This document shows, piece by piece, positions 50,615 to 63,925 of a DNA stretch of 64,000 nt (its first letter is position 1; every line of letters begins with the position of its first letter). Source of the DNA: Bispira polyomma. Taxonomy: Eukaryota. Below the pieces are notes generated by a model. That model saw only the letters and a list, made by a program, of their open reading frames with translations. It searched no databases and was not told the DNA's origin. The stretch covers positions 82,088,001 through 82,152,000 of the forward strand of contig OZ287751.1 of NCBI GenBank assembly GCA_965649765.1, read 5' to 3'. Made by a program: the position numbers and the translations under genes.

Positions 50615-52707
50615 GGACAATAGCCTTACTAGTGAATGGAGTACCCCTACTCAACCCTTTTAGTAATGCAGGCAAAGTTACCACTACCAAGTGTACCAGC
50701 CCTGCACAGATGACCATACAGGACTTTAAAGAACTGATACAGTGCATACTGGATACCGCAGTAACAAATGTCTTTATCGGTGTGGCCTTAGATGGACATC
50801 CCATTTATAAACAGGACTCTACCATGTTAGAGAAGGACTTTGACATATGCCATGGAGTTCATTCTAATGGTAGATATGTATATTTTCTTAGCTATAACTT
50901 TCCATATATAATGCCTTGTCTCAGACAGGGTAGCTATGGTTACATGGATGATTCTGCTATAAAAAAGAAGCTTACTAAAGACTGTAGAGTAGTGTGTCCA
51001 GATGACGTAGCTGTGACGTCAGGGTCATGTGACACCCCTGTATTTCTTAAGAAAGAAACAAATATTGAAAGTGTCAAGGGTTTAAACCAGGTAAGAAATA
51101 GGGAACTAGAAGAAAGTTTAATACAAGATCATAGACATGTAAAACTTCAGAACAGCACAAAAAACCAGGAATTAGTGAACTTGACCATTTCAAGAACTGG
51201 TGATAAAGAAACTGTAACTTCGGCAAGATTAATTGATAATTTTGTAAAGAAACATGAGGACAGCCTACCAATAACAAACCCATCCATAGACCATATAACT
51301 AAAGATGTTCCGAATATGCAACATTCAGAAGAATCCCATGGAATTCTTTATTCGGGTACACATCACAACATCACCATAAGTCAAGAACGTTTGTCTGGAG
51401 CCAATCAAATCTTGCAAGACATTTTGATTACCTCCACAGCATCACTGCCTGCACAAGTACCTGATGTAGAAGATAATTCACACGAAATAGAAGATTCTTT
51501 TGTCACAACAGCTGTATCTTTGAATGGATCATCTGATTTTGTTGGACGAGAGACAGATGAAGAGGCCCTATCAGATACCAACTCTGTAGTGAATAGATCA
51601 CAATCCATGGTCACGGGTGATTTCCAGGACACTTACTTAACTAGAGGCATTGAAACAACAGACGCTGTACTTAATAGACAAGGAACAGGTGGTGGTGATC
51701 TAAAAAGTACTGAAGGTAACACAACAAGAGAACACCATGAGGAGATTGGAACAACAATGAGTCTTGAACCAGTACATTATGACTTCAATTTCAGTACTAC
51801 AACATCTGGTGATGAGACATTTAACACTGCAAATTACATTTCTTCTATTTATGACATCTTGTTTGGTAGAACTGGTTATGTTAGTAATAATAGCATGACT
51901 ACAGAGAGTCATGGTGGAATCTTAGAAAATTCCTCAAATGTAAATACAGATGTAAACAATGCAAGTACAGTTTCAACGATGCATCTATTGTATAATAAAA
52001 CTAATTCCACCAGTAATAATTACACAAACACCTTAAATGAGAGTGCAAATTCAGATTCTACACTGCAAAGCAACTTTACCTTCTTTAATGTGAATAGTGT
52101 AGCAGTAGAGTCTCAAACAGCAATGCCAGTGACCATATCAACAGATATTGATAACATTGTGCCTTTCGGGACGAAAAGTCAGAAAAACAAAATGGAGTCT
52201 AATGAGCCTAGCACTGTTACACTTACCACTGAGAATAATTCCAATATTTTATCCACAGCATTATTCCACACCAGAAGGAAACATAAAATTGGGGCTAAAT
52301 ATAGAAATATCACTGGGACCACTGAGATAATGACATCTAGTCAGCAAGCAACAATGCGTGGGGTTTCTGGAGATGACCTGGGACATGGAACTGCTCAGAC
52401 TGTGTTTGGAGGTAGACATCCAGATACTACAGACGTTATTGAACTCCCACCGAGACACATGGCATTAGTTGGAGATAATGGTTCTACTATTGTAAACAGT
52501 AACAGTAGCTTAAACTTGAATGGAACTCTTCCAACGGATTTGAAGAGTACAACAAAGCCACCAAAAGGCGATAAAACCAGCTTGTCCCAGCTAGAAGAGA
52601 GCTTGGGTATGTCCAGTAAAATGATGGGTTATATTGGGGGAGTGACAGTGTGTGTGGTGGGGGTTATTGTGGGTTTTATAGCCTCATTGTTTAAAGAGGA
52701 AAAGTGA
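50615..52707 (+). CDS. YHYH-like/mucin-like type I membrane protein B, exon 2
   Basis: TTTTCCAG|GG acceptor, phase 1. NGVPLLNP, GVALDGHPIY, DFDICHG and YNFPYIMPC motifs, an S/T/N-rich stalk, TM segment YIGGVTVCVVGVIVGFIASLF and tail KEEK. Confidence 0.87.
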
Positions 52708-52779
52708 CCAGCACAAGCTCACACTTTACCTGTTATTATCTAATGGCCAGTGTAAAGTAAAAACACAATCCTGGCATTG

Positions 52780-53028
52780 CATCCTGGTGTGGTTTTCATT
52801 CTGCAAAGGGCGTTGCCATTCGAAATGGCGCCGCCACATTAGAAATATTATTTTAAGGCCTTCATGGATTGGTTAGAAGAAATTGACCTGGCCCAACTAA
52901 GGGGTGTCAGGTTTATATTTTTCAATATGTAGCGCCTTCATGGATTGGTTGGAAGTAATCGACCAGGCAAAACTACAGGAGGTTAGTTACACTGTACGCC
53001 AATGTCTTTTTAAAAAGACAACTCTTGT
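52780..53028 (+). mobile_element. non-autonomous Helitron-like element, copy 2 (in the 3' UTR region of gene B)
   Basis: Same core (internally duplicated) and same 3' hairpin plus CTCTTGT as 33720. Confidence 0.6.
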
Positions 53029-56000
53029 TTGGTGTTGAAGCAATTGTCGTGGTTTTATATTTGTATTTTTTTGTGTAAGATTTTGTAATATATTGAATTT
53101 TATTGTTGTGTCTTTTTCAATTTTTTTTTTTCAATTTTTAACTTAATAGCTGCAATAATAAGTTTAAAATTACAATTATATGTATGGGATTCATGATTTT
53201 AAAAAAGCATGCCGTAGAAGTCTTTTTCTGTAATTTTGTAAAAATATGTGATAATTCCTTAAAAATGTAAATGTAAACTTTAAGTCTGTTATTGTCACTG
53301 TAATAATATCACTAATATCCATTTTACAATGTTGGATATTTTTCATTTATGGGGAAATTGTATTGTATTGATAGTTTGCATAATAATTATTGGCAAGCTT
53401 AGACAAATCTATTTTTAGAACTAGAAGTGATGAAAAATTTTAAACAATATAAGCTACCTGGAATGGTATTCACAAAGGTTCTAAATCTCAAGTTTTTGTC
53501 TTAATTAATTTGATTGACTAAAATATTCTTTTAAACAATTTGATTGACTGAAACTGAAAGTATTTGCAAATATGCCTCTTACGTTAGACACAAGGATATT
53601 AAGCACATTATCTATTTAATCATGTAATCTCAGAAGCAATTAAAGAAAACTCAATATATTTATATTATATTTAACTGTCTAGTGGAAAAATTATCAAAGG
53701 TTAAATGTACCATTTCACTTCTGTCACCTTCTATATATAGATTATAGAAATTTTAAATAGACAGTGTATATTTGTGTTGGGGTCACCATCCCTTTGTAAC
53801 CAACCCGTTGGAGCATGGCAAATGTAATGATATTTTACTTTTATTTACTGCAGTGTTATTGTAGAAATTTATGCAAATCTTATAAGTAAAAAAATAAACT
53901 TTCTTACTTTTTCATACATTTTAAGAAACACAAAAATGATAACAAATGATTTTTTAATGTAGTTCTTGGTCACTGTAAATGCAAATGACTTCGACGGTTG
54001 CATAATGTTGACACTATAAATTATTTGTATTATTAAAGGAGGTGTTTATAATGGATATTCTTGGCCCCACAAAACTATAGAAAGTTTTTTTATTATTACT
54101 GTAAGTGTACTGGTTCAATACTCAATGTTGTTCCAATCTTGTCGAAATTGACCCAAAACACTAAATTCTACAAGTTTGATCATAGTGGAACTGTTTCCAA
54201 GCAATACTAAGAATTACCTTTCCATAAACTTGGAAACATAGCATCTTGTGATTATTGAAAGTGTACGTTTTCGGTAGTTTGTGAGATCAAAAACACGAGC
54301 TTTAGATGCATCTACCCTATGTCTGCATCCTGTGACATTTAGCTTCATTTGTATGGTTGCAAAACTAACAATGTCATGGCAACACACCCTAGAGATTTGG
54401 TGACCTGGTTCACTATTACTGAATGATTTCTAACATAAATTGATATAACTCATCCTCTAAGGCGCCAACATCTCAAACAGAGCAGCATGAATTTGATTAC
54501 CAAAAATTGGCACGAAGGGTAAAGAAAATAGGTCAAATTTAAAAAAGGTAAGTTTTGAGATGTAAACACAGCTGGTAACCTGTTCCACTCGACAGGAGTA
54601 AGTGGTGCTGTCACATGCTGTCTGTGCAATGGCAACATACTCTATATCAGCTGTACAGCTGTGGTTCAATTAACCATACATGTTGAATCTTGACAGTAGA
54701 CTTTGCTGATGAAGGCAGAGCTTTTGAAGTGCAGGAAACCTTGACTAACTAAACCAAATGAAGTTGGTCATATATTAGTGTTTTAAAAATAACAAGCTCA
54801 TGGTTAAAAAAGTATGATCAGTATAAATATTTGAAAGTGGGCATAAATGTGAACTCTACAAGCCAATGGATGGATAGTACCATGTTTTCCCAGGTAATTC
54901 CTTCAGCGAAGGGTGTAGTCTATGCAATTGCACAATGACTTCCAAGTTCTTCCAACTCATCAGCTAACACCATATTGCTGTCAACGAGTATCACAGAAAT
55001 CTGATTCCTCTAACAAGATGGATTTGTCTTGACTAAGTTTATACTTGGCATTATCCATCTAAATCTGCACCACTTTAAGCCACTATGAAAGTCCAGACAA
55101 GTTTTTGAGCAGCAGCATTATAAGCACTATATATTTTAGTAGGATCTGTATATATGTGGTGTGAAGCTCTTCTACTGGGCAAAAATTTAGTTAAGAGGCA
55201 AAGTGTAAATGACGATTAAGATAAATGTATCTATTTTATTTGTCAAATATACTCCACAATGCTGATAGTTGTTCAAACCCCTACCTAAACACCCATATAT
55301 AAGATTGAAAGAGTAAGTCATACTATTAAAACTCTAACCTATTTTCGATTTATTAAGAGATGGAATTTAAAGTCAAGCGTCAAAATCATAGAATCCACTA
55401 CAGTCTGTGAGGTATGATTAATAGTATCAAATGGTTCCGAAAGGTCAAAAGTGTGAGGCTGTCATCTAAAAAGCAACTGATATGTCAGTAGGGTTTCAGT
55501 AAAGTGGAAGTGTCTACAGTTCTGTGGCCTAGTTGGGTAACACACTTATGTCTGAGCACATAGGACTTGGGTTCCATTCCAAGAATGAGCTCCCAGGTAC
55601 ATGCAGATACATATCACTTAAAAGGTGATCTTCTACCACTAGGTCCTATCCACAATGGTAGGGGCTGTTAATAAATAATCATTTGGGATAATGACAGTTA
55701 CTGGTGCTGGACGGCTGCACTTGTGCACTCCAAAAAAGTTAAACGGGCTTTGAATTTGTGTGTAAGTATGTTTTTGTGAGTAATTTTCATGCTATACTTT
55801 ATTTCAAATCAGTGATTTTTCTGTGCAATATTTTATTTCCTACTCAAGATATAGTTCTTAAAAGACCAAGACAAGATGAAAAGTCATAATAATCTACAAA
55901 TAGGTCCTAGTGTTTATTTGACTATATTAAAAAGAAAAATTTGACTACACAATTGAGTTTCTGAAATGTTCTATTAAAATAATGGCATCATATCTAGTTT

Positions 56001-56842
56001 GTTCCTATTAATAGGGAAATATATATATGTGGTATTTGAGATTAAGACCTTTCATCAATATGTCCCATAACCCACGTAAAGCTATTCACACACTACATAA
56101 GTTTGCTGGTTGACATATGAAGTTGACAAATATATATTCATCATCATGTCAGTTCTTTATTCACTCTGCAACTTCCATTCTGTGGTTCACAAATATATCA
56201 CAGGAGTCTAATAATCAAACTGGCTCCCATTGAAAAGCATTAGTCCATTTTCTAATTGGTTGATTAATATTTAACATACAACCAGCCACTGTATTGCAGG
56301 TGTAAAATTTGTGATGTATAAATAATAAATTTTTCATCCATATTTGGTACCATTGTAAAATGATTTACGGAAAACCCCTTATTGTCCTATTTGAATTTCC
56401 AAAGTCATCAAAATGCAACCATTTAGTGCTTTAACAGAAAAAGTATAACCCTATTCGAATGCACAGTGCCATCAAGGATCCCCAGAGTGCCAAACCCAGA
56501 CAGAGTAGGGTGCAGAGTGACAAACTTTGAGTTAAAAACAAGTATCAAACCAAGGTCAGGCTTTTAAAGCACAAGGAACTGCAGTGACCTAGTGGTCAGT
56601 TGTATTCAATTTGCAATGAATTGCTTCTGATGACCAGAAATGAAATGAAGTGTCACTTAATCCCCTCGTATGGGAAAGTACATCAGATATTTGCAGATAT
56701 ATATTGTTAGTCAACTGTATGAGTGTATTTATTTATATATTTATTTTGGTTTTAACGCAACTCTCTACAACTGTCATAATAAGCTGTTTGTGGAGCAGTT
56801 TATATTGGTAGGGGAAAGAATAACAGGGTAGTTAGTCAACGT

Positions 56843-57091
56843 TTTTATCCTACGTAGCCTGATATTGTTTTCATTCTAAAAAGGACACCGCCATTTTATA
56901 AATTATGTAAGGCCTTCATAGGTTGCTTCTGTGTAGGGCCTTCATAGATTGGCTGGAAGCAATCGACCCAGCTAAACTGAGGGGTGTTGGATTTTTTGTT
57001 ATCAAGCAAGGCCTGCCTGAGTATATAGTGGCTGTATCAACGTTAGTATATTGACTGTGCACCTTTGTCTTTTTCAAAAGACAACTCATGT
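56843..57091 (+). mobile_element. non-autonomous Helitron-like element, copy 3
   Basis: Same core and 3' hairpin; appears nested in a minus-strand SINE remnant. Confidence 0.6.
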
Positions 57092-58545
57092 TTTATATTT
57101 GCCTTAAGCAGTCTACTGCTACATTTTCTTCATGCATGATGGGGTCAGGGATCGAACCAGACAACAGGTAGTCGGAGGCAAGTATTCTTGTACACCACTC
57201 AATCCTGAACTGAAAAAAACCACCAGCATTCTACTAGTCTACTACCAACTGCAGAGGTGAAACTGTTTCTGTCTATGGAGTAAGAAGTAAGCTTGTAAAA
57301 TTACCATATGAGAAAGGCTGTATCAATTTAGAAAGTTTCAAGTTAATGAGATAGCTAAACAGTTACAAATAAAAGACCCATATAGTGATTTGGTATACAT
57401 ACTCAAACAGTTGCACATATGCATTAGAAAGACAACATCAGCTTCTTTAACATTAGCTGAGTTAATAGATAACAACGCTGTCAATTTGAAGTAGTCGCAT
57501 GCTATGGTAACAGTAACAGTATGCCTGGTATATGTATGGTAATGTAAGTTGGAAAGCGTTAAGACAAATTATACCTTACATAACCTACCAATACAATGAA
57601 TGCCCACCCAATTACCAATTTATAGTATTACACAACTTATGACTTTGATGTACATAAAATCTCAGAAAAAGCAGTATTTCTAAGCATATTTTATGAGCAT
57701 GCTATCACATCATCAATTATTTTCTGCCAACATGACCAGGAAAACCACGAAAATTAAAATAAATTAATTAATAATGAGGTGGTTCTATTGTTCATGGTCC
57801 ACCAAAGTCGATTGGTTTTAGTCAAGTTTCCAGGGAGACCATGTTTCAAATCTTGTTTGAGTTTACATAACATGCACCTCAGTTTGTACCTCCTCCTTCT
57901 TTTGAAATTTGGGACACACTAGAGTGAGTAGCATAAAACCAACTTTAAAATTTATCTTATATAGAACAGTTAGATTCAGATATTATTACCAAGATTGTTG
58001 AATTTATTAATTATTACCACTAGAAATACACAAAAGTCTGTATTGCATTTTCTTTAAAACAATTGTGGTAATCTAACAATTTCAGGTAATGTAACAATAC
58101 TTTCTCGAACATGCACACTTTATTGATACGTGTAGTATTTTGATAAATTTATTGTTCTTCATATTATCAATGCATAAAGTTGATATGGAAACTATTCAGA
58201 TTCCTTCGCTGAAAAAATATACTCAACACTGAGAAGCCAACATTATCTGAATATGGCATATTTATACACCACAGATTTTATACAGACTTTAAATTTTTAA
58301 AAATTACATTTCTTAATTAAATAATACTTGCATAATATATTTTTTAAATATTATTATTATGAATATATTTTATATGACGGCTATAATTTTCAGTCAAATG
58401 TTCACTTGTTGAATTGATAATTCGTTTAACAAAATTAAAAATTGATCATTTATCGTTGTAGATTGAGTTCCAAGACCAAATAAGTAGCCCAAAGCTGGTT
58501 TCATTTCACTTTTTTGCTATTATTTCTTTCTTTCAGGATGGAATT

Positions 58546-58913
58546 TTACCTGCCACCCAAAAATTCTGAGAATCTTTTACCATTGTAGTAATCTCTAATA
58601 TTTCTTTTTCCACCCAGAAATTCAGAGAATCGTTTGGCCTGGGAATCCCTGAATCTGACTGGAACGGAGGATCGCTTTCCTCCAAGGAATTCGGAAAACC
58701 TCTTCTTTTTGCCGCCTAGGAATTCAGAGAACCTTTTTTTACCCCCAAGAAATTCGGAAAACCTTTTCTTTTTGCCTCCAAGAAATTCTGAAAATCTCTT
58801 GTTTTCTTCTAGAAATTCTGAGAACTTCTTGCGCCTGCCACCAAGGAATTCAGAAAATCGTTTTTTGGTTGGCTGGTCAGCTTGTAGATAGGTAAAGAAA
58901 GAGGAAGAAAAAT
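58546..58913 (-). CDS. EFLGa: EFLGamide (TRH-type) neuropeptide precursor, alternative terminal exon
   Basis: Acceptor TTGTTTTTCAG|AT, phase 1. Open frame DFSSSFFTYLQADQPTKKR-FSEFLGG-RRKK-FSEFLEEN-KR-FSEFLGG... to FSEFLGGR*. Seven FSEFLGG copies lie between basic sites and differ at synonymous positions. Confidence 0.93.
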
Positions 58914-59817
58914 CTGAAAAACAATGGAATAATTATGTTCCAAATGGAAAAACAGTTCTAATGAATTTGGCAAAGTCACATTAGCCTGTTGTATGTTGAG
59001 CTAATCTAATATTAAATTGTGCATTTTAATGTAATTACTGTTCCACAAAATACATACATGGTGTTCAATGAAATATATATAAATATATAATTCATAAAAT
59101 TACACATACATTTGAATATATATATCTCTAACACATCCATGAGGTCAGTTAACATTTAGCAATTGGCATACAACAGTTCAGCTTTAAATTTGCTTAAAAA
59201 TTTAAAGGATATTAAGTGGATTTACATATTGTTTACTGAATCCTCTTAGCTATAGGTATACTATATCAATATGTTATTTTACTGTTATCAATGCAATTCT
59301 ATCACATATACATATTTAATATGAAAAATAGTACAATATATTGCAAAAAGACTAAATGACTAATTGGTGGAAAGAAGCATCTGAAAGGAAAGGAACTATC
59401 AACAAAAACATAGTATTAAAAGCATGCGATCAGTTCACAAAGAGGTACGTCTACAATATATATCACATCAGGGTTAGGAAGTCAGCAAAACGTCTCTACA
59501 AAACTGTCAAAGAAACAAAAACACCATGAAGAAACATGAACAATAAATTGTGTTGAAATCCTACTGTACTAAGTAGAAATATGTAATACTAAAGAAGAGA
59601 GATCATTGAAAGATATAGTACAGTTTGAGCAGCAATAAAACTAAAATGTGCAGAGCGCAGAAAGGTGCAAAAACGCAAGCATTCAGACAGTAACATTCAG
59701 AAGTGCATGTTTCAGAAAAGAGTCTTTCAGTGCAGTGTCAAAGTGGACATGCCAGTAGTATATGTACAACTTATGTATACCATTTACCTATATCACCCGT
59801 TGCAATGTAGGAATATT

Positions 59818-60968
59818 TCATCTTGTTTTGGCACTACTATTATCTGTAAGGTCATCTGATCTTTTTCCAACAAACATTCGCCTTTTCCCAGACATTTGCT
59901 GCGAGTATATATCTGAAATATCAATGCCATCATTGCTCTTTTTTCCAACAAACATACGACGCTTCCCAACAAACATACGTCTCTTTGCATCTTCATTTTG
60001 ATCATCTCGTTTTCCCACGAACATTCGCCTCTTGTCAAGGTCAGCCTCCAGTTCATGACTACGTTTGCCGACAAACATGCGTCTTTTGATGTTATCCTCG
60101 TATGATTTATCATTACGTTTGCCAACAAACATGCGTCGTTTCTCATAATCATCCTCAAATTCATCACTACGTTTTCCAACAAACATGCGTCTCTTTTCAT
60201 TGTCTTCATCATATTCGTCATCACGTTTACCGACAAACATGCGCCGCTTAGACTCATCTTGTCTTTTACCTACAAACATCCTTCTTTTTGTCATTTCCTC
60301 ATCAGCTTCGTCATTACGTTTGCCAACAAACATCCGTCTTTTGGAAAACTCATCATCTGATGTTCTTTTCCCAACAAATCGACGACGCTTTTCTTGGTCA
60401 TTTACATCATCAGCATCATAGTCTCGCTTTCCAACAAACATGCGTCTCTTTGTATCATCACTCCTTCTACCCACGAACATTCTCCGTTTTCCTTCATTGT
60501 CTTCTACAGAATCGTCTTGGGCTCTTTTACCTACAAACATTCTTCGCTTGTTATTTTGTGCTAACTCCTGCAGAACATCTTGTAATCGCTTGCCAACAAA
60601 CATTCGTCGTTTCTCCTCATTTGTTGCATCATTAATTGAATCATCGACATAGTCCTCTCTTTTACCTACAAACATTCTGCGCTTGCCTGCATCATATGAT
60701 CTGTCAGTTGAACGTTTACCTACAAAATGAGACATTGTGTGCACAGGGCTAAAGGGAGCACTGAAGAGGTAAGGGTGTGTATATTGGTGCATTAGGTTGA
60801 ATCGGCTTTGCTTCCCAATCAAAAGCCTATTTCTTTTTCCTACAAATTTAGGAAAGCGCCTGTATTTGGTTGTACCACGCTGCCTATTAATAGCAAATCG
60901 CTTTTCAGTGCCTGATATTATGTTGTCATCTACCCAGTGAACAGGAAGCATGATCCAGCCACCAGAGT
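59818..60968 (-). CDS. FVa: FVamide neuropeptide precursor, alternative terminal exon (15 x RMFVamide)
   Basis: Acceptor TTTTTGGCGTTTACAG|AC, phase 1. 15 KR-RMFVG-K/R units with acidic spacers, plus RRFVG, FPKFVG and SHFVG variants. Has its own stop codon. Confidence 0.95.
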
Positions 60969-62013
60969 CTGTAAACGCCAAAAAGCGCATCTTAAAAATG
61001 CAGTCAGCGGTACAAACATGGCAAATATGATACATTATACTGGAAGGTTAGGGCAGGTTAAGGTCAATTTTCATTTAATATATTATTAATTAAAATTTTT
61101 ATAATTTAATCTTTTTTATCAATGGTTTCTCAATAACATTAATCTAAGTTAATAGAAAAAAACAATAATCATATATTGTTTATGCAGAAATTGTAATTAT
61201 AAATTATGTATGCATGAATGATTTATATTACCTTTGTATTTTTGACTTGTAGCCAATACATTATTTTATATGCATTGTTAAATATTTTTCATACAAGTTA
61301 AAACAAGTATACTCATAAATAAATTAAGAGACTCATCATAAATCAATTATAATATTTATTAAGAGATCCATTAGCATTAAAATACTTTTAAAGCCTTATT
61401 CAAAACATTGGCTTTAAGAAAGGTGATACTACATTGTTTGTTTATGATCTCGAATTAAATCAGATTATGCTGGCATTCATTACGTACCATGAAATTAAAA
61501 ACGAGTTTTCAGATTTTTGATAAACACAAGATTGATTGTAAAATTTCAAATCTAGCTGTAATACCACCTTTCTTTTCCCTTCGTTCAAAACATGAATAAT
61601 AATGATATGAAGAACAAATTAGTTTAATTAATATCATTAAAATGAATTTTGTACCAGTCACACAGTGAAATATACCTTGGGACGTTTAAATGTATATTTC
61701 TAGCCACAGAAAAACATTTAATGTTCAGCTAAAATAATACATTTTGGAGCTTACAGATGTTTACATAATACTTGGTCAATATAGGTTAATTTTTTTTGTA
61801 ATTTCCAATTTCCTAACTACCAGAGCAAATAGTATTACTTTCAAAATTAGTCTAGGTCTGAATTAGAAGGTAAGCAAGAACATTATATTCATACAGTGGA
61901 ATCTGATTATATAATATCTGTTTCATACTTAGAGTTAAAAATTATACGTGAACAAACTGTTTGCAAGTACTGGTGCTGTACACACCATCACATTTATTTA
62001 CAAGTATACTGAC

Positions 62014-62239
62014 CATCTATATCTTCATCGTCCACATTATTAGCCAGTGCCACCTGGCGGATGTACTCGTTAAGGTCATCAGGTGCAGCGACTACAGCTG
62101 CCACGCTGTCCGACACATCTCCATTGTCGACCACTCCAATAGCCAGGTTGCGATAGGATGCCTCCCCAACTTCCTGACAGCGCCCCGTCTGTAGCAGTGA
62201 AACCGTCAGCAGCCAACCAGCTAAATGAAAGCTCCACAT
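62014..62239 (-). CDS. shared signal-peptide exon of the FVamide/EFLGamide precursor gene
   Basis: MWSFHLAGWLLTVSLLQTGRC signal peptide followed by an acidic pro-region. Donor G|GTCAGT in phase 1 fits both downstream exons. Confidence 0.88.
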
Positions 62240-62299
62240 GGTAAGATACTTCTGGGCGTTCACTTTGGGGAGTGATATTTAATGCTGGATAGGATGTTT

Positions 62300-62345
62300 C
62301 TCTTTCTCCTCTCTCTCCTCTCACTCTCTCTCGCTCTCTCTTTGT
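62300..62345. repeat. (TC)n microsatellite upstream of the neuropeptide ATG
   Basis: Imperfect TC run, GA-rich on the sense strand. Confidence 0.7.
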
Positions 62346-63714
62346 TGTGTGTTATCTGTGTGTGTAAAAACAGAGATAAGATGGTTAGAGTTTTCATTAT
62401 GGAGGCACTGTTTGTCTTTTTGTTAATAATAACATCTACAGTCGCTTTTGGTGTATAGAGATTATTAAGAAATTTTTCCACCCGTCATTTGGGGGTTTCT
62501 GGTTCCGGTACACACTGTGATATATAAACAGGTCTACTAATTGTTATTTTTTAAAATAGTTAAACTATTCATTCACCTCACAGAGATGTTAATTTTTTAA
62601 TTTTGTTTGTGTTTAGTGGGGGAGGTATTCTTATTCTTATATATGAGTTTTTTTTAATGTTTTTATGTGTTTCTTTAATTAAAAGGAACTTACACCATTC
62701 GATGTTGTAAATGATTTTTCCTCAATGATGAATCAATTTTGTGAAATTATTGAGCTTAATTACTTATTGATAAGACAACACTGGGAGACACTGAGAGATT
62801 TGGCAATGTGTCATTCCAATATTTTGGTACAATGTAGCAGATGTTCTACATAGACGCTAAAGAGTTGCTCATAATGTCCACATATACTAAACTTTAAAAA
62901 TTACTAATATATGATCACACCACCTGTACACTGCTGAAAGATGAACAAGAAGAATGGGATAGGCTAAATATGCTTAAGTATGTGTAAAACCAAACTTTGT
63001 GTGGGTAAACATAAATTGAAAATGAGGCAACAAACTGTGTCTAATTTAACTGAAGATAAATTCAGACAAAAGATGATTTTAAAAGGAGTGTACTGTCAAC
63101 AATAAGAAAAGGCAATGGCTTGTGACAATTAAATATCTTAAATAACAAATGCATCATGTAAAATACTAGGTGAGTGTTCCTGCCAAATACAATTTTTAAT
63201 TGATAATGTATTTTATAAAACAAACACAAGACAAATTTCTCTCAGAAAGTCTAAATCCTTCAAATACCATTTTATGTAGAATACAAGCTTTACAAGTTTC
63301 AATAGTAAACATTAGTTCTCTGGCTATCCTAAGAAGTTGTCTTACATAATTTTAAAGTTTTGAGACTACTGTCTTAGTCTTCGTCAAGTTTATGTTTTCT
63401 CTTTTGTTTTTATTGTTGTTTAGAAAACATTAAATATACTAATTAATTTACTAATTAATTTTCAGGACCTGTTGGTGTATGGATTGGGCATGGGCCTAAG
63501 AAGAATATATTAAGTTTTATTGCACATCTGGATCAAAGGGCTGATCAAGTGAGCTGTTTTCGATTTTTGGCACAGCAACACATTAGATGCGCTATGCACT
63601 TCAGTGAGTAACCCTTTCTAGTCATAAAAGCAAACCTACACATCTTACTATCAAAATCTCAGATACTATGTTTGTTAAATTTACAAAATAATTAGTCTAT
63701 TAAGTTTGAATTTA

Positions 63715-63925
63715 GTTGAGTTTTACTTCACTTTCAACAGCCCAGGTCATATCACGACGGCCAGATTTTAATGATGGAAGAAACCATTGCTGATGCACTG
63801 TGTAAACCACCGACCTATGGCAAGTGCGTGACAAACTTTCTCACATGAAGGAAAGAACGGGATTTGAACCCACATGGATAAGACACCAGTGATTATGAAG
63901 TGCTCCTAACCACTAACCCACTATT
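63715..63925 (-). mobile_element. diverged tRNA-derived SINE
   Basis: Reverse-strand B box (GGATTTGAACCC on +) and A-box remnant (AACCACTAACCCA); the body resembles remnants at about 1740-1880 and 56760-57200. Confidence 0.55.

Noticed and set aside
58634-58891. Plus-strand PPRNSENL-repeat protein
   Set aside because: Antisense of the FSEFLGG exon; variation is synonymous in the minus-strand frame.
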